A stretch of DNA of 64,000 nucleotides from Veleropilina oligotropha (taxonomy: Eukaryota): positions 1 to 64,000 of the forward strand of contig JBEUKZ010000092.1 in NCBI GenBank assembly GCA_048128005.1. The letters are read 5' to 3'. Each line of letters opens with the position of its first letter. Positions within the stretch are counted from its first letter, which is position 1. Both the position numbers and the translations under genes were made by a program. Shown here piece by piece: positions 14,768 to 29,800 of the stretch. The notes beneath the pieces were generated by a model, which saw only the letters and a list, made by a program, of their open reading frames with translations, had not been told where the DNA came from and did no database searches.

Positions 14768-15076
14768 GGTGCTCTTTCGGTACTTCCCCCACAGCTCCGG
14801 CTTTTATCATATTTAAGGAGCTCCGGCTTTTATTTGTCTTAAATTCACGGCCTATGATAAGATGCACGTGATGGGTACGTAGTTGTATTGGCTTTACAAA
14901 CGTATATACACCGGACCGCCCCGTGAGCCTGGACTGACCGAGGTTCACCTGTTGCTAGTCCCCATGGATTTAACATTAACGACGCGTCCAAAGTCGTCCT
15001 TTTATCGGAGATGAAAACCCGGATTTCCAAAGTTGAGTAAAAGCCGGAGCTGTGGGGGAAGTACCGAAAGAGCGCC
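14768..15076. mobile_element. MITE with about 39-bp TIRs
   Basis: GGTGCTCTTTCGGTACTTCCCCCACAGCTCCGGCTTTTA (14768-14806) is the near-perfect inverse of 15038-15076. Possible degenerate 8-bp TSD (AAACTTGT/GAACTTAT). Confidence 0.7.
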
Positions 15077-15107
15077 GAACTTATTGTTCATGATCCTCTA
15101 TTTTCAG

Positions 15108-15213
15108 GCCGTGAAGATGACGAGTACCAAGACACAGCCTCCAGACTCCTACTACTCTCTGCCGTTCTGCAAGCCACCCGCGGATGAACTAGTTTACAAG
15201 CACTAGAATTTAG
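15108..15213 (+). pseudogene. TM9SF4: Orphan TM9SF4-like exon with an in-frame stop
   Basis: ttttcAG|GCC...TTAG|GTatat encodes AVKMTSTKTQPPDSYYSLPFCKPPADELVYKH*NLG, matching the TM9SF/EMP70 N-terminal motif (AVKLTS..TQLPY.YYSLPFC.P.....ENLG). TAG at 15204-15206. Confidence 0.75.
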
Positions 15214-16367
15214 GTATATTCTTCAGATTCACACCGAAATTAAAAATGAAGGGGTAGATTGATGCTGTCCTGTATATTTACAGCCACCATGTTCAACGCA
15301 CTCCCCGGCCAGTTACGGAAAACTGAAATTATTGATAACTGAATAAATAATGTTAGTGTCGAGATTCGACCCCACCCCTGTTAGTTATCGCCATCGAAGC
15401 CAGTGATTTCAGAATCCTCACTCGAAACCACACGACTACCGGGGCGGCCCGAAATGAAAGGAAAACCTGCAATAATATTAACAGACTAAGATAACAGCTG
15501 TTATTTAATTTACTTGTATAATCCGAGTCTCATCTCGTCATGTTTGCAAAGACAGGCGCGCAGAATAACCGTAAATTGGCCACATAGCATTGCTGTTTGC
15601 TTGTTATTCATTAGGTAAAACTTTTTATTCGGATAGAGACGCTTAACCGGCGGTCTCGACTACGCAGGTAATAAAAATATTAAAGTGGCTGTAAAACTTA
15701 CAATGCAATTATATGCATAAGTTTGAAAATGCTAATTAGGACATTGTTATGTTGATGTCACCATTTGTTTAACCCTATATGAATTAAGGTAAAAGAAAAT
15801 CGTACGTTATGAATAAGAAAGTAGTCTTATTCGCAAAGTATAAGGATAACTGTATACAAAAAAGCGAAATGTTGAAGTGGAGTATGCGTTTTTCGCCATG
15901 AAACTAACGATAAATCAACATGGTGGACTTTCATTAACTGTAATATTGACATGTATCATAAATATCAGAATATTTGCGCATTGTCGCAGTTAGAGGATTA
16001 CACGTTATTGAGTAGCACATAAAGAACGATAAAACTTAAAGCCATCTTAGAATAAGACGTTATTATATCATATTATCTGCAGAAAGTCAATTGATTAAAA
16101 TACGATTTCATTCCTTTTAGTTGGTAAATTACTTGCTCGATTGGTAGGTAAATACGTCTATGAATGTCTTTTTATGCAATTGGTCACAGAACGAATGCCA
16201 GTCTGGAAGTAACTAAGCTAAACATGAATACATTTTTGCCGTGATGGCGGACGCCAATGCCATAAAATCTGAATTGTTAAATGAATCACGTATCCTTGTA
16301 TATAATCTATTATGTCAGGCGACGAATACGGTAGGCAATAAATGAGCCTGCATTATTACGATCTACC

Positions 16368-17332
16368 GGTATCTGCAAACGACGTCGAATTTTGAAATTC
16401 GGAATGCACACGACGTCGAATCGCTGCATCGTTTGATGAGATTAGGATGATTAATGGAAAGTAGTTTGAAATTCACCAAGTGATGAAAAATTACATTAGT
16501 GAGGGAAACTCACTAAATTGTATAAAAATGAAAACTAGTAGGAAGATTACAATATTGTTTAAAAAGGGCCACCGTATTAGGAGTTTAATCATTCTCATTA
16601 TGGCTAACGCACAAATACAGACAAAGTTTATGCCAACAGCTAGAGGCAACAGATACCTTTGTGTGGCGGTACATATGTATAGAGTAAATAAAAAGAAAGA
16701 AGATAAGATACATTGGCGATTCACGACCTCAACATTGAAGACTATCGCCAGTAGAACCATTACGAGACGACAGGCCCACGAACCAACAATAATTTAGATG
16801 GATACCATCGGTGTATAATGTATTCGTAAAGCGCACCTAGATATATTTGTGATTCATTTACTTCAAACCATCCAGACATCAACAGACAAGCAAGTGATCA
16901 CTATATTTATTATATGCCAGTCGCTTTCTGACGCCTATTCTCACGCAGTTTTCCGAGACCTGACTGCTGATATCAAAATACAGGATAACTGTTACGATTA
17001 ATCCGCCGCAAAAACTACGACGTCACACGAGGTTTCCGATGTGCCAGAATCTACACAATACTGATAACATCATTATATGCTGCCAGTCAGAAGCGACAAT
17101 TGAAGAAACGAAAATATCGAACACTTGAAACATTAAAAATTAAATAAATTACTCTACTGTATATAATATGTCTCCAGTCTTCACTTATATTAGTTGAATC
17201 CATCGAGCCGTAACCATCTAATTACGCCATTGTTATAGGTAATCCCCTAAACTCCAAAATGCACACGACGTCGAAAGAAAATTGACCAGCAGAGTAAAAC
17301 CTTGTTATAAATTCGACGCTGTGTGCATGAAC
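16368..17332 (+). mobile_element. Mutator-like (MULE) element remnant with a FLYWCH-like fragment
   Basis: Imperfect TIRs (GGT...TGCA.AC..CGTCGAATTT / AAATTCGACG...TGCA...ACC) and internal TGCACACGACGTCGAA repeats. The ORF fragment FMPTARGNRYLCVAVHMYRVNKKKEDKIHWR resembles a FLYWCH zinc finger. Confidence 0.5.
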
Positions 17333-17824
17333 CGTACCATATCTATAATGTGCAGAAGCAATAAATTATTATCTGAATGTAGATCTATTGGTTGCAGAAT
17401 GAAATTCCTTTATCGTTTTAACGGCTTTGGTTAAAGCCTGATTGGGCGCACCGTTTCTCACCAAGATACCGAACTTAACCAATTTTAATCCCGAAAAGGG
17501 CTAACAGTGATCGGGTGCTCTTTGACAATAAACGAGGTTAACAGAACTTCATATTTACCCTCGTCAACGAAGGAATTTTTCTTCTTGACGGCGTTTATTT
17601 TATTTCGTCAGTAGGACTATAGGCCTACTGACAACTTATTGCCGTATCATGGTGAAATGTTGTAAACGAATTTGCCTTTAGATAAGAACTAACTGATTAA
17701 ATTGTGGTGATGAACCGAATTTGATGTCAGTGCAGCCATGAACCCAATCAGAGATATGTTCGTGCGTTCTAGTTGTTTCATTATATGCTATCAAGAAACG
17801 AGAATGAAATTAATGAGATACGTA

Positions 17825-19085
17825 GTGGCTTCAGACCTAATTAAGGAACGATTGATGCCATCTTAACATGCATGTTTAATATATTGCGAAAAGGCTTTCG
17901 ACGAGAAAGTAATACGTTGCTTGAAGCAAATAAGCGTTGATGGTAAATACTCTAGGCGCCTCTAAATCCAATCGTTCTTTGTCGAAAATAACATTGCAGG
18001 GGGATTTGCGATACTTCGTAACTCGAACACAAAATAGTAGCAAACATGTCATCCTCCAAGAACAATGTTTGTGTTGCTCGACACGACAAGTCGCCGCTCT
18101 ATAGCGAAAAGAAGGAGTTTTATAAATCGGAACAGACTGATCGAGAAAAAGGGAGGCTATCGCTTTCACACCGTAAATCCGTGCAAGTACCCTTTTATGA
18201 GTTATATCAAACTTATATTGGAACCAGAAAAGGAAAGGAAAGGATCGATGCTTAATGTCCTGTATATTTCCGACCATCCTTTGGTTCAAAACAGGACATG
18301 TCCGTATTAACGCGGGAGCAAAGCCCGGTAGTCCGGGTCAACCCGCCCTCTCCGACCAGTTACGGACAACTGTGATTCATAATTTGAACAATGTGTGCTG
18401 CCCCTGCAGAGGTTTGAACCCAAAACTGTTCGCGTCAGCGGAATCAAGTCAGTGATTTTAAGAGTCCACAACCGATACCACTGTACTATCGAAGAAGCCC
18501 ATTGGAACCAGAAGGTCGTAGTAAGAACATAAACGAGGTGTTAGACAGGGTTGTGTAATGTCACCAAGCCTTTTTAATCATACAATGAGCATATATTTGA
18601 AGCGATAACTGGTTTGAAGGGATTAGTGATTGGTGGGAAATCTGTGAACAACCTTACATATGCAGATGATGCCGTTTTGCAGAAAATGATGAGCATTTAC
18701 AGCATATAATGGATGAATTGTACAAAAATGGAATCGAATTTGGCATGAGGATAAATATCAAGAAGACTAAAACTGTGGTAGCAAACAGGAATGAGGATAG
18801 ACCAAGATTAAGATCAATCCGAACGGAAACGAGCTGGAGCAAATGAAAAGTTTTGTATACATGGGTCATCTAATTGCAGAGGATGTTAAATGTGAATCGG
18901 AAATCAGGAGAAGACTCGGAATATTCAAAAGTGCACATAACAACACGAGAGAGCGTTTGATGAACTGCTGTATCTGGTCAACTGTACTATACAGTGTCGA
19001 GACGTGGACAAAAGACAAATTTATGGACCAAAAACCGAAATGTGGCCATACCGTCGTATAATGAATTTACATTGGACTGCAGAGG
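17825..19085 (+). mobile_element. Decayed RTE-clade LINE reverse transcriptase, interrupted by a SINE
   Basis: Broken RT motifs: GFRPN*GTIDAI, KAFD, RGVRQGCVMSPSLFN, YADDAVL, GMRINIKKTK, FVYMGHLI...CESEIRRRLG, LYSVETWT. Confidence 0.85.
18230..18500 (-). mobile_element. tRNA-derived SINE inserted in the RTE LINE
   Basis: Family body in reverse orientation with a (GGAAA)n tail. 13-bp TSD ATTGGAACCAGAA at 18217-18229 and 18501-18513. Confidence 0.88.
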
Positions 19086-19355
19086 AAAATGAAAGAAAGG
19101 ATCGATGCTTAATGTCCTGTATATTTCCACCACCATTTGTATCAAACCATGACATGTCCATATTATCACGGGAGGAATGCCCGATCGCCCCGGGAAACCC
19201 GTCCTCTCCGACCAGTTACGCCCAACTGTGATTCATGACTTGAACAAATGTGTGATCCCAGCCGAGGTTTGAACCCACTACTGTTCGCGTCAGCGGAATC
19301 CAGCTCGTGATATTTCGGAGTCCCCAACCGAAACCACACCACTGTCGAAGCGGCC
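19085..19355 (-). mobile_element. tRNA-derived SINE copy
   Basis: Same family body (AGGATCGATGCTTAATGTCCTGTATATTTCC...GGTTTGAACCC) in reverse orientation. Confidence 0.8.
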
Positions 19356-19689
19356 TGGATTGCAGAGAAATTACACGCAAACATATTTATTTCATACGAA
19401 GAGGAAATTGTTGGCACGATACACCACATAAATAACGTTTTTTTGGACATGTTATGAGACACGATTATATAGGGAATGGATATAGGGAGAACTACAATGG
19501 AGTGATAATATTCGAGAGTAGACAGAAAGACAAAGGTAGAATGCGTGGGAATGACAGAAGATCGAGTGACAGTCAACGTCCTGGAAGAAGACGCTCAGAA
19601 TAAGATGTTAATTTGCCGTGTGTGTTTGGTGCGATTACTATTACATAAAAACCATCACCGACTCCTGTTTTCAACTGTCAGAAACTGTA

Positions 19690-20626
19690 AACAGAAATAT
19701 ATACAATATATCCACAAGAACCGGTACACAGATTTCCTTGCCCACACTAACCCTATTTTCCACAAATATCCGCAATTAACTATATATGACATTCATAAAT
19801 TACAAGTGGCCATATTTATGTTTAAATTTCATCGAAATAAATTACCACATTCGTTTTCAAGCTATTTTTACACAAATCGTGAAATACATCAACACGATAC
19901 TCGAAATAGAAATGATTATCACTTAATACCGTGTCGAACTAATAATCGACTTTTTACTTTTAAGCATTATGGGCCTCGACTTTGGAACTCACTTGACGCA
20001 TCGTTAAAAGAGCTAAATACTCTTGCTAAATTTAAATTCAAATACAAATCAATTCTTGTCAACAAATATTTAGAAACTCTGTGCTAAAATATTAATGCAA
20101 ACACATGGGTCCTTATAATAATATAATACATGTCTTAAATACTATTTGAACTAACTTTATATATTGAAATTCCCATCTACTATTAATAATTATGCATAAT
20201 TTCATTTCGTTTACAGGGTGGTCGATCTATAAGCCCCCTGTGGTTTCTTGCGATCTCCCTGCCAAAAAAATAAAATTATTATCGCTATAATAATATATAT
20301 ACACAATTATTCTCATATATTAAGTGCATGCATATACACCATTATTACAATATACTACTGTATTATTATTAGCATTATACACACATAATTACGTGCCTAT
20401 ATTTAAATAATATGTTTATATGTATAAATTGTATATTATGTATTATATGTATATGCATGTGTGGATGTATGATGATTTATTTAACTTGTTAATTGAGCAA
20501 TATATTTTTTAGTATTTAAGTACAATATTACGTATAACTTGTAATTTGCTATTTATATATATATATATTTTTATTTATATTTTATTTTTTGGCAAATAAA
20601 TTTCATTTCATTTCATTTCATTTCAC
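19690..20626 (+). mobile_element. 5'-truncated CR1/L2-group (Crack-like) LINE 3' end
   Basis: ORF2 C-terminus HTNPIF...FMFKFH.NKLP.SF..YF..N.EIHQHDTR...YGPRLWNSL...FK.K.K, followed by a 3' UTR, AATAAA and a (TTTCA)n tail at about 20595-20626. Confidence 0.85.
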
Positions 20627-21644
20627 ATTGCATATAGTGTAACAATAGCCGGGTTTGTTAGTTGGTTTATCTTATTTATGGAACACAGACTGTCAGAGGA
20701 ACATGTGGAAAGCCAGCGGGTATGGCAAGACGTTGTGCGTCATTAAGGAATCCTAGCTATTATTGTGTAATATAGATGAATACATGAAAAAACATGATAA
20801 CTATTGTCGCAGCAGTTTGAATAAACTAAATTTCAAATCAATCCTTACTAATTGCGATAAACTATATATCGTATAAATTTTGATTTATTGGATTCCTTTA
20901 CAATAATGCCTAAAAAGAGCTACGTTGCGATTGCTTGAAAGGATGGGAACATTCAGAGATATCTTACATAATTGCAACATTTCCATTTTCTAGCACCTGA
21001 TACAATTTGCGAATTGTGTTTTTATTTTTTTTTGCAACAATTAAAAGGTATACATTAATATAATATTATGTGTAGACACTAAACTCGGTCACAATTTCCC
21101 TCCGTTGGACGGATGACCTGTATATTTACAACCTTTATGCAAGACCGGATATGTCCATATGTCCGGAACAATGTCCACCATGTGCATTATTTATACATAC
21201 GCGAATGTGCATACAGGAATATTTAACTAAATATTTATGTATGAGTGCTTGTCTCATTGTGTGCGTTTATTTTATTGTTTGTCAATTAGTGTGTTTATAT
21301 TCGTATATGTTCAAGCATGAAAGTCTTCATTTTGTCTGTATGTATGTCTGTCAATATGTGCGTGTTTTGGTCAAGTAGTGTGTTTATATAGGAATATTAT
21401 TATCTTATTGCATGTCTACATATGCATGAATGTCCGTCTGTTTGTTTTGCTATTTTCGTCAATTAGTGTGCTTATATGTTATTATTATATTGGTATTTAT
21501 AAATATTTAAATTACAAGGGTGGCACTACCTAGAAATAGGAACAGTCTCCTTGTAGACTCAAGTGTCATCCTTCATTTTCATATTTCTATTTGTATTATC
21601 AGTAAAATTGCCATTATACTGTATATAATTTAGAAAAGAAAAAA

Positions 21645-21848
21645 GAAATATCTATCTATCTATATTATCGCGGGAGGAAAGTCCGATCTCTCGGGAAAAC
21701 CCGCCCTCCCCGACCAGTTACGGACAACTGCGAGCGATAACTCAACAAAGAATGTCAACCGAGATTCAAACCCACTCATGTTAGTTAACGCAATGGAACC
21801 AGTGATATCAGAGTCGGCACTCGAGACCAAACGACTACCGGGGCGGTC
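21645..21848 (-). mobile_element. tRNA-derived SINE copy (partial)
   Basis: ATTATCGCGGGAGGAAAGTCCG...CCCGCCCTCCCCGACCAGTTACGGACAACTG matches the family core. Confidence 0.7.
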
Positions 21849-24800
21849 ACCTCCGTTGCTACACAAATTTCAATATGATGCACCAATTAGACCTAAATTT
21901 TGAGATAATTATTTTACATGACGATCAACAGAGTATCGCGTGCATGCTATTGGTCATTAGTTATTCTATTGGTATAACTACAGGGGCACAATTCGCTCAC
22001 AAGAGACTTAGCTTTGTAAAATTTATAAAGGCTGAAGTATGGGCCAAACACGTTTTATTGGATAAGAAGACGACATGGCTTATTACAGGGTTAAGTCAAT
22101 AGGTTTTGACATGTGTTCCTTGCAACGGTGAATATGATATAATATTGATAGGGCTACATCACAGAGCGCAAACAGTTATACAGAGTTGACCTTGTCAGAA
22201 CCTTGCGGAACTGGATGGTTGCGCATTATATAGAGACTCCAATACGATCATCTGCATCCAATACTAATACAATATTAGCAACCCTGGGGATGCTGGAAAT
22301 GCAATACAATGATGAAATTCAATAAAGAAAAGAGCAATTATTATTCACCTGGGAAATTCCAACTTTAATAACCAGGTGGCGACATAGATATGAATGGAGT
22401 GAATTGACGCAAGATCGTCTGTTGTTGCATTATATAGCATATTTTCTCCTCAATTATCGCGATACAAAGCACTTTCACCAATATGGTGTCCCGACGGTAG
22501 GCGAGTCTTTTGCTGTTCCTCGCATATTCCCAAAGGATATGAAATAACAAAATTATATTACACAATGGTTAACTTAATTACCGTAAAATCGATTAAACGT
22601 CACGAAATGTGATTAATTAGCACATTTTTACTCGTTTAAAATGTGAAATGTATTACACGACATGTCAATTATTTTGGTCCAGTCGAGATACACAACATTT
22701 TAACAATAAAGTTCAGTCAACTTTGGCGCACGTATATGGTTGTTCAATAGTAGACTTGTTATTAAACTTTTTGACATTATAAATTACCAGATAAGGTAAA
22801 CTAGATGATATTATGCTATGCGATCATATTGCACATAAATGGGAATGGAAATACATGGCCTAGTCCTACTCCAACAACGTTAGAGCCTGCTATAGTTCCT
22901 AATATCAGACTCTAACGGCTGAGCTAAAATTTCTCACCGCAGAATAATCTAAAGGTGAAAATCACGTCCCGTGGCGAAAAATACTAAATTTCAATAAAGT
23001 AACTGCAGTTTATCACTTACTTGCATCGGTATATGTTCCTTTATACCAAATTTCATCACATGCTGCCCCAATTTTGTTACCTTAACACCGAAAAGCTATG
23101 TTGGAACACAAAACGGACGATTTTTAACTGTCACAATGTAAACAGAAGACGGTCGCTATTTTGGGACGTTAGCGTTACGTTTTCATTAAATCCACCAATC
23201 AAAATCATTAGCCAATAGATGGCGCGACCGAGGAGGAAAATACCGTCAACAAGTTTGACGGTTAAACATTGACAAATAATGCTGTTTTATCATACATTAT
23301 AACAACAAAATCAAAAAAAACTATCAGGTATGTGTATATTCATGCATATTTATACAATTTATGTATTTACTGTTTGTTTCACTGTATTTTTAATAAGTAA
23401 TTTAATCCAAAACCGTTCCCGACGGATTTCGTCGGGAACCTGCTCGTCATAAATGGTGCTTGGGAGATATGAGGTAGGGTTGGGAAGGCACGTCAACCCG
23501 GTCTCATATGTTATAGGAGTAGGCCTAGTCCCTGCGTATTTAAACTTTTGAATCACTTTGCCTAGGGGTTAATAAATGTTTGCACTAAACAATATACATA
23601 TGTGATGGACAGAAATGAAATTTAGATGTATGTACCTCTCAAAAATGAGGTAAAAGATGGTGATGTAGTCTTGATGTGCGCATATGTCATTTATTGCCCA
23701 CTTTCATTATTCTTACAACCGAAAACCCAAATTTTTCGATGTCGTCGTCAGTATAAAGAAGATTTACACGTAAAATAATAGTTATTATTATCCATCGCTG
23801 TTAGCGCCGTTTCTGATTGGCACCACACCCCTCCTATAACAGCCGATATTGTACAATGTAGACTGGAACTGTCTAATAAATACCATCAAGTGTACAGCTG
23901 AAAGTCATATTAGACGAAATTTTGACAACGATATGTTTCATTGTACGAGAAGAGGTGTTATTGAACAAAAGGGGAGTAACTCTTCATCTACCAGACCATC
24001 TAAGCACAAATTCGGATCGAAAGATAACATTAAAATGCGCACTAAATATTTATTCGTGATAGTGAAGCATTTCTATGTTCATACCAGTGGATTCTTTGAC
24101 AAATTGGTTGTTGTAATTAATGTTTTTAAACGCATTTTATTCACGACGTGTAACTCTATTTTATACCTGTCAAGTAAATTAAACAGATCACCACACAGTG
24201 AAAATGACAACAGGTCTGTGTCCTCGAAATTGTTTTGTGATTCAGCAAGTGCGCCGCTCGTATGCAGTTTACGGCATAATACATTAAACAAAAATATGGA
24301 CTATTGCGGTGGTGAATATGATGTAATATGAACCTAAAAAAGCTGAGGTCAAATTTTAGATTCATATCATATCATATCATATTTATACCGCAAAAGTCCA
24401 TAACTGTTTTATTATTTACTTCGACCACAAACATGTCTTCTATTTGTCATTTAAAAGTTCAACTATGTCAACAAAATATACACCACTTTAAACTATAGTT
24501 TGAAAACTTCAAAATGTAAAATGTGTATAGGATCCGTTCATTGGGAATGCCTTTATTTATAAAGTATATAATAAAACTTATTTGAGATCTGTTTAACAAC
24601 ATATGTCTCGTGTCAAATCGACCCGCAGAACTTCATCCAGCAGTTTTGCGACAAGGTTACGAAGCTTTCAGGTAAAGGGTGATAAATGTTAAAGTTATGA
24701 AAGTAAGTGGTAGGCCTAAACTGGTTTAAATTATGACATTTGAATTGAACTGGAGTATTGAGCAACCACGATTTTCAGTTAACATTTAGATGAAATGCAG

Positions 24801-25997
24801 AACTGGTTATGTGATACATTTGTTAGATTACCAAATACAGATTTTATTTAAAGCTATTATATATTACAGATGGATAATAAAAATGTCATTATACAGTATT
24901 GTGTACAGTGTGTGTTTATTGTACTCGTTCAGGATGTGGTGAAAAGTGATATTGGACTCGACGCTTCGCGTCTCGTCCAACTCGTACAATAAATCCACAC
25001 ACAGTACACACACAGTAATTTATAATAACTTTATAATATGTTAAAGACAATGTGCAAGGTAATAGGCCCTATATACACAATATTACAGGCAAACCAGTCA
25101 TTTGGTCAAATGTCTAATTGTCTGCACTGTAATATAAAGTTTATTTATGCAAGTAAGCAACACGAATTAGTTCTAAATATCAATTTATGTCACTATTTGA
25201 TAAATAAAATTCAGTCTTCATACAACCAATCCCAGGTAAAAACATAATTGATATTACATCAAATGTTAGCATGTAAAAACAGAGATTGCAAAACTAATAT
25301 TATTTATATAATATATATCACAATGGATACAACGCGGATCAATTTACACATTTAATTGATTAGACTATCACATTAAGGGCTGCCGCTAACATTAACATGA
25401 TTAAAAAGTAATAATAATGGTCCCTTGTTAAGAGAGGCAATTCGATTAGGCAATATTGTATCAATTACATACAAAATCGACCATTTCTGTAATTCGATGG
25501 AAATAAAGCGTAATGTTATAAAGCTATTCATTGAACTGAAACCATGTACTTTTGCATATGACCAATATTAACTGTTATATCGCGTGTTTAGTATAATAAA
25601 CATTATTCTACCTTATTGCACATTATTAAAATCATTATAATCCAATTAATGTGTTATATAATATTGTGTAGAACGCCCGCTGTAATAATCTCCATGCACA
25701 CGTCAGGCCATGCAAGAAGGAATGAATTAAGGAATCTCACAAGTTTTGCAATAGGGGCATGCAGCGATTAACACTTAAGAAACCAATCGCATAATGACAT
25801 AGACTGAGGTGATGTATTCTGATAATATGTATAATTTTTAATATATTATATTACTCCTAAGTTGGAAGGGGATTTATTTATATGATTATATTAGTTATAT
25901 ACACAACACGTGTTGTCTTGGAAGCAATTGTAGCACACAACATGGATTATATTGATCATTATGATTGTATAACTAGTTTGTCGGCTACGATTACAAT

Positions 25998-26806
25998 CCT
26001 AGGTTTGTGGTCACACTGGATATAATGGGTTTGCGACGCATCTGTAGTAATCGTAGGAGAAACGAACGACATCGTACGATCGTCGTACAGCTTCACTACG
26101 ATCGTCTGCCGAAAAGCCGACATCATCGTAGGATCACGAGATAAAGATCGTGTGATGTCTTTAATTAATATTTTCAGGTGAGATAAGGTGAAAATGTTGT
26201 ATGATTAGCCGCGACGTCGCACGGCGTCGTACGACGTCGCACGATGATCGTACGGTACCCTACAATCTCGGGAATCGCAATCAAGTTTTGTAATGCCTAT
26301 ATCACAAATACATCGTAAGCGTATTCGGCACCCGTACGATGTGTGTTTGTAAAGATGTCGTACTGGCATCGGCGACATCGTGTGGACATCGCTAATTTTT
26401 TCGCCGATTTTTTAAGCATCGTAAGGTCGTCGGCAACTTTTATCACGGAGTTATAATTGTATGAAAATCACCGCAGGCATATCGTAGAAAACCTTTGGGT
26501 TACCTTACTCCATGAGATATCGTAGGAAGCTCGTAGGATAACCGCACGTCATCCTTACGGTGTCAGGATATCATGCGGACGCCGAAAGGTGACCTTATGG
26601 GAATCATAAAGTTAACTTACGATGTCCGCACGATTTTACCGCTCGAAATATTGTGTCAGCCAGTACGGGCACCGCATCTAATGTGACCATGGAACAGATT
26701 TTGCCAGAAACCTACAATTCTTCCCCGATGTCGGGGAAGCCGAAACGCCGTACGATTATCCTCCATCGCACCGCGATCGGTGTATTTGTGACCTATAGCT
26801 AGGCAT
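25998..26806. mobile_element. MITE-like element with dense ACGAT/ATCGT subrepeats
   Basis: Imperfect TIRs CCTAGGTTTGTGGTCACA / TGTGACCTATAGCTAGG. The interior is full of ATCGTA/TACGAT motifs. Confidence 0.45.
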
Positions 26807-29800
26807 AACATGATCAAAACCCCCAAACCGTCGTTCGAAGACCCCCGATGGCTGCAACGTCGCACGATCCACTCACCATTGGTCCGCGACCACCGGAAAT
26901 TCACCCATCGCCGGTGGTCGTACAACGTCTAAAGGCCGGAATGATAATAGCTTTAGAGAGGAGAGCTAAACCAGCTACGTCACACATGAATAACGATGCT
27001 CCAAAATTTTCGGGCAAAAACACGGCCACAATGAAATTGTTTAGATAATCGACTGACATGAAATCCACACGCCAGTCAATGTGTCGCTGAATTTTTTTAT
27101 TCTGCTGTGTAGATGAAAGTTTTGGTTTGAATCGGTGCTTAATTAATAGAATATTTTAACACCCTTCATGATCATACCGGGACATATTATCCCTAAAGAA
27201 AGCAGTCGACTGGAAAATCAGCTTGCACATGTCATTTATGGACAATCCGGACTGTAAATTGAACAAGTGATCAGTCGAGGATTTGACTACACTCGTGTTA
27301 ATCAGCGCAATCAATCGAGTGCATATTGAAGCACACACTTAACCACTACACTAATGGACGGTGTGTGTTTATACAACATCAGAATCACACGTAATGTGTA
27401 CAATCTTGTAAATACTCGACGTTGAGAATCCAATATGGATGTTGCCCAAAGTTGCTATTATCAGAGTTATATTTTGCTGCTGTAGTTTACTGAATTGAAA
27501 ATAACGATTGCGTAGTAATACTGTAAGTGAAAATTTTCGAAATATCTTGTTCATCCATGTTAACGTAGCAGGGTTATAATGATTGAGACATATAAATATT
27601 TGTGATATTCTTATAACGTATTAACGATAGATCTTGGTAAATACCATCACATCATATGATCAGGTCAATTACTTTAATGGTATATCACAATAATTATTTG
27701 TCGTTACCTGGTGTGGTAAAAGTGTTTATGCAATCTTTGTACCGTTACCAACATTTTGAGTTAAATAATTACATTTTCACTTTCTAGGGTGTGTTTTGGT
27801 TTAAATTGCACTATAGTCATCAAATTAATTTAGTTATGATTAAATAAAGGCATGTTAGACTGACCTTGACTACTGGTGTTTCCTCTTCACTCATTTTCAC
27901 TTGATCGGATTATCGTCTGCTTCTTCCATTTTGAGTGTACCTGGCGCACCATTGCCAGGAATCAAATAATACCATTAAATGGCCAGTTGCCAATGTTGAT
28001 TCCTGCTGCATGTAACGGCCAGTATATCACCAGCTATTTCGCTATTGTGAGTTTATCAGCGATTAAGCCGTCAAGTCTGGTCAGACGCAACTTAGTTCAT
28101 AATACACCAGAACAATCGATCGTTAAATACGAGAACAGGCAGACGAGACCATCACTAGAGCGTACATCGTGGTGTTTGAATACACAAGAACCAACACGGA
28201 ATTATTACTGTAGAATTTGAATGTGATCATGGAATAGATCTGATATGCAAAATATGTAATACATAATGAGTGATTGCAAATCTTTTTGGTATTCGTGACT
28301 GCATTATTTGTGAATAAATTATTAACCTTGTAACCACCCTTGCAATTATTGGTTTCTCAAACACTATTAGCGTTGCGATCAATACTACTTGCATTCATAC
28401 AATACATTACTATTTTATTTCTGTGCAATAAATGACGCTTTTATATGTGCTCTTTCTATTTACATTCTTGAATCTTGTCGATGTACATATTCAACATAAA
28501 AGCCCAGTTACTACCTGTTAAGTTTGATGAGCAAATGTGTTTTTGTTTGCTCTACAAAACGTGCAATTATAACGTGACGTGTTCAGTTATTACAAGATAT
28601 TAGGATACAAATGACAGACGCACGGATGGATTATTTCCGTTTAAGAACATAATACGCAACCCATTTATTTATTCTGAGAGAAGGCGTGATGATGATTTTG
28701 GGTACGATAGCATGCATCAAGTTATATATAAAGACTGAAAATACAATTTACTGTAATAGCACAACACTAACATGAAAAAATATGTATACGTAGGCCTACT
28801 ACCCTGATTTTTAATACTAACGCAATCATTAATAATATCTGGTCTCATGTTGACCACGTTGGTTCGTTGTTATATCATCAAAATATTAAATTTAATGATT
28901 ATTTATTTATTCAGCGTGAAAATCTACGAAGGAACGAATTCTATTTTCAATTGATATTTTTCATAATTCTTTTGTGACCCAATATGACACCAATGCTACA
29001 AAACTAGTTTGTTTGGATCGATGGAGAATATCCAATTATTTTACATCCTTCAGGATCATAACAGGGCATTGGCCGCCTATATCCGAACGCCTTAAATACG
29101 AAACAAATCCCTAAATTTTCATCATTGATAAAATTACGCCGAAATATGTCTACCAGTGCGCAGGTGTGAGACTTATACTATACTGCTTTGCGCTGAATTA
29201 ACAGCAAATTATAAATAACTTTCTGTTATTGATAGTTCTCCTTTAAGCCTTCTGGTCTATCTCCAGATCAGTACTAAATGGTGCATTTGATGACAGTCCA
29301 AACAATTTAAAGGTCAGTTATTGATAATTTCTGATGGCTGGATATTCAAGCACATATGTGCATTAGCATACCGGATTGTTGTGTGCCCAGTGATTTACGA
29401 ACTGCTCGTAACGTGGTGATCATGTATAATTAATATCGATTCCAAACACAAACACTGCAGTTATTTATATTGGATTCAACGTTGAGTTAGCTATTATGAT
29501 TTACATCACTAAAGCTCTGTTCGGTACCATATCATGTTCGTTTAGCTGCAATTATGATTCGATTTCGCGCAGTCACAAATTAATTGAAAGGATGAATATG
29601 TCTTGCACTGGTTGTTGATGAAGAATGTTGAACGTATAATCGGCAGTGGTTTAATGGAGGTGGTGGTGCAGTTTATAAATGGGCGACACCATTCTGTTGC
29701 AAGATCCGTGACTAAACAACCAACTGCATGCTTGGCTTCGACCCTCACACATCTTCCGCTTTCGGCCTCCGACAACAACTCGCTCTCGAACCTCCCCACT

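Noticed and set aside
19545..20087. 180-aa ORF as a host gene
   Set aside because: Its C-terminal part is a LINE ORF2 end, and its N-terminus is unrelated flanking sequence.
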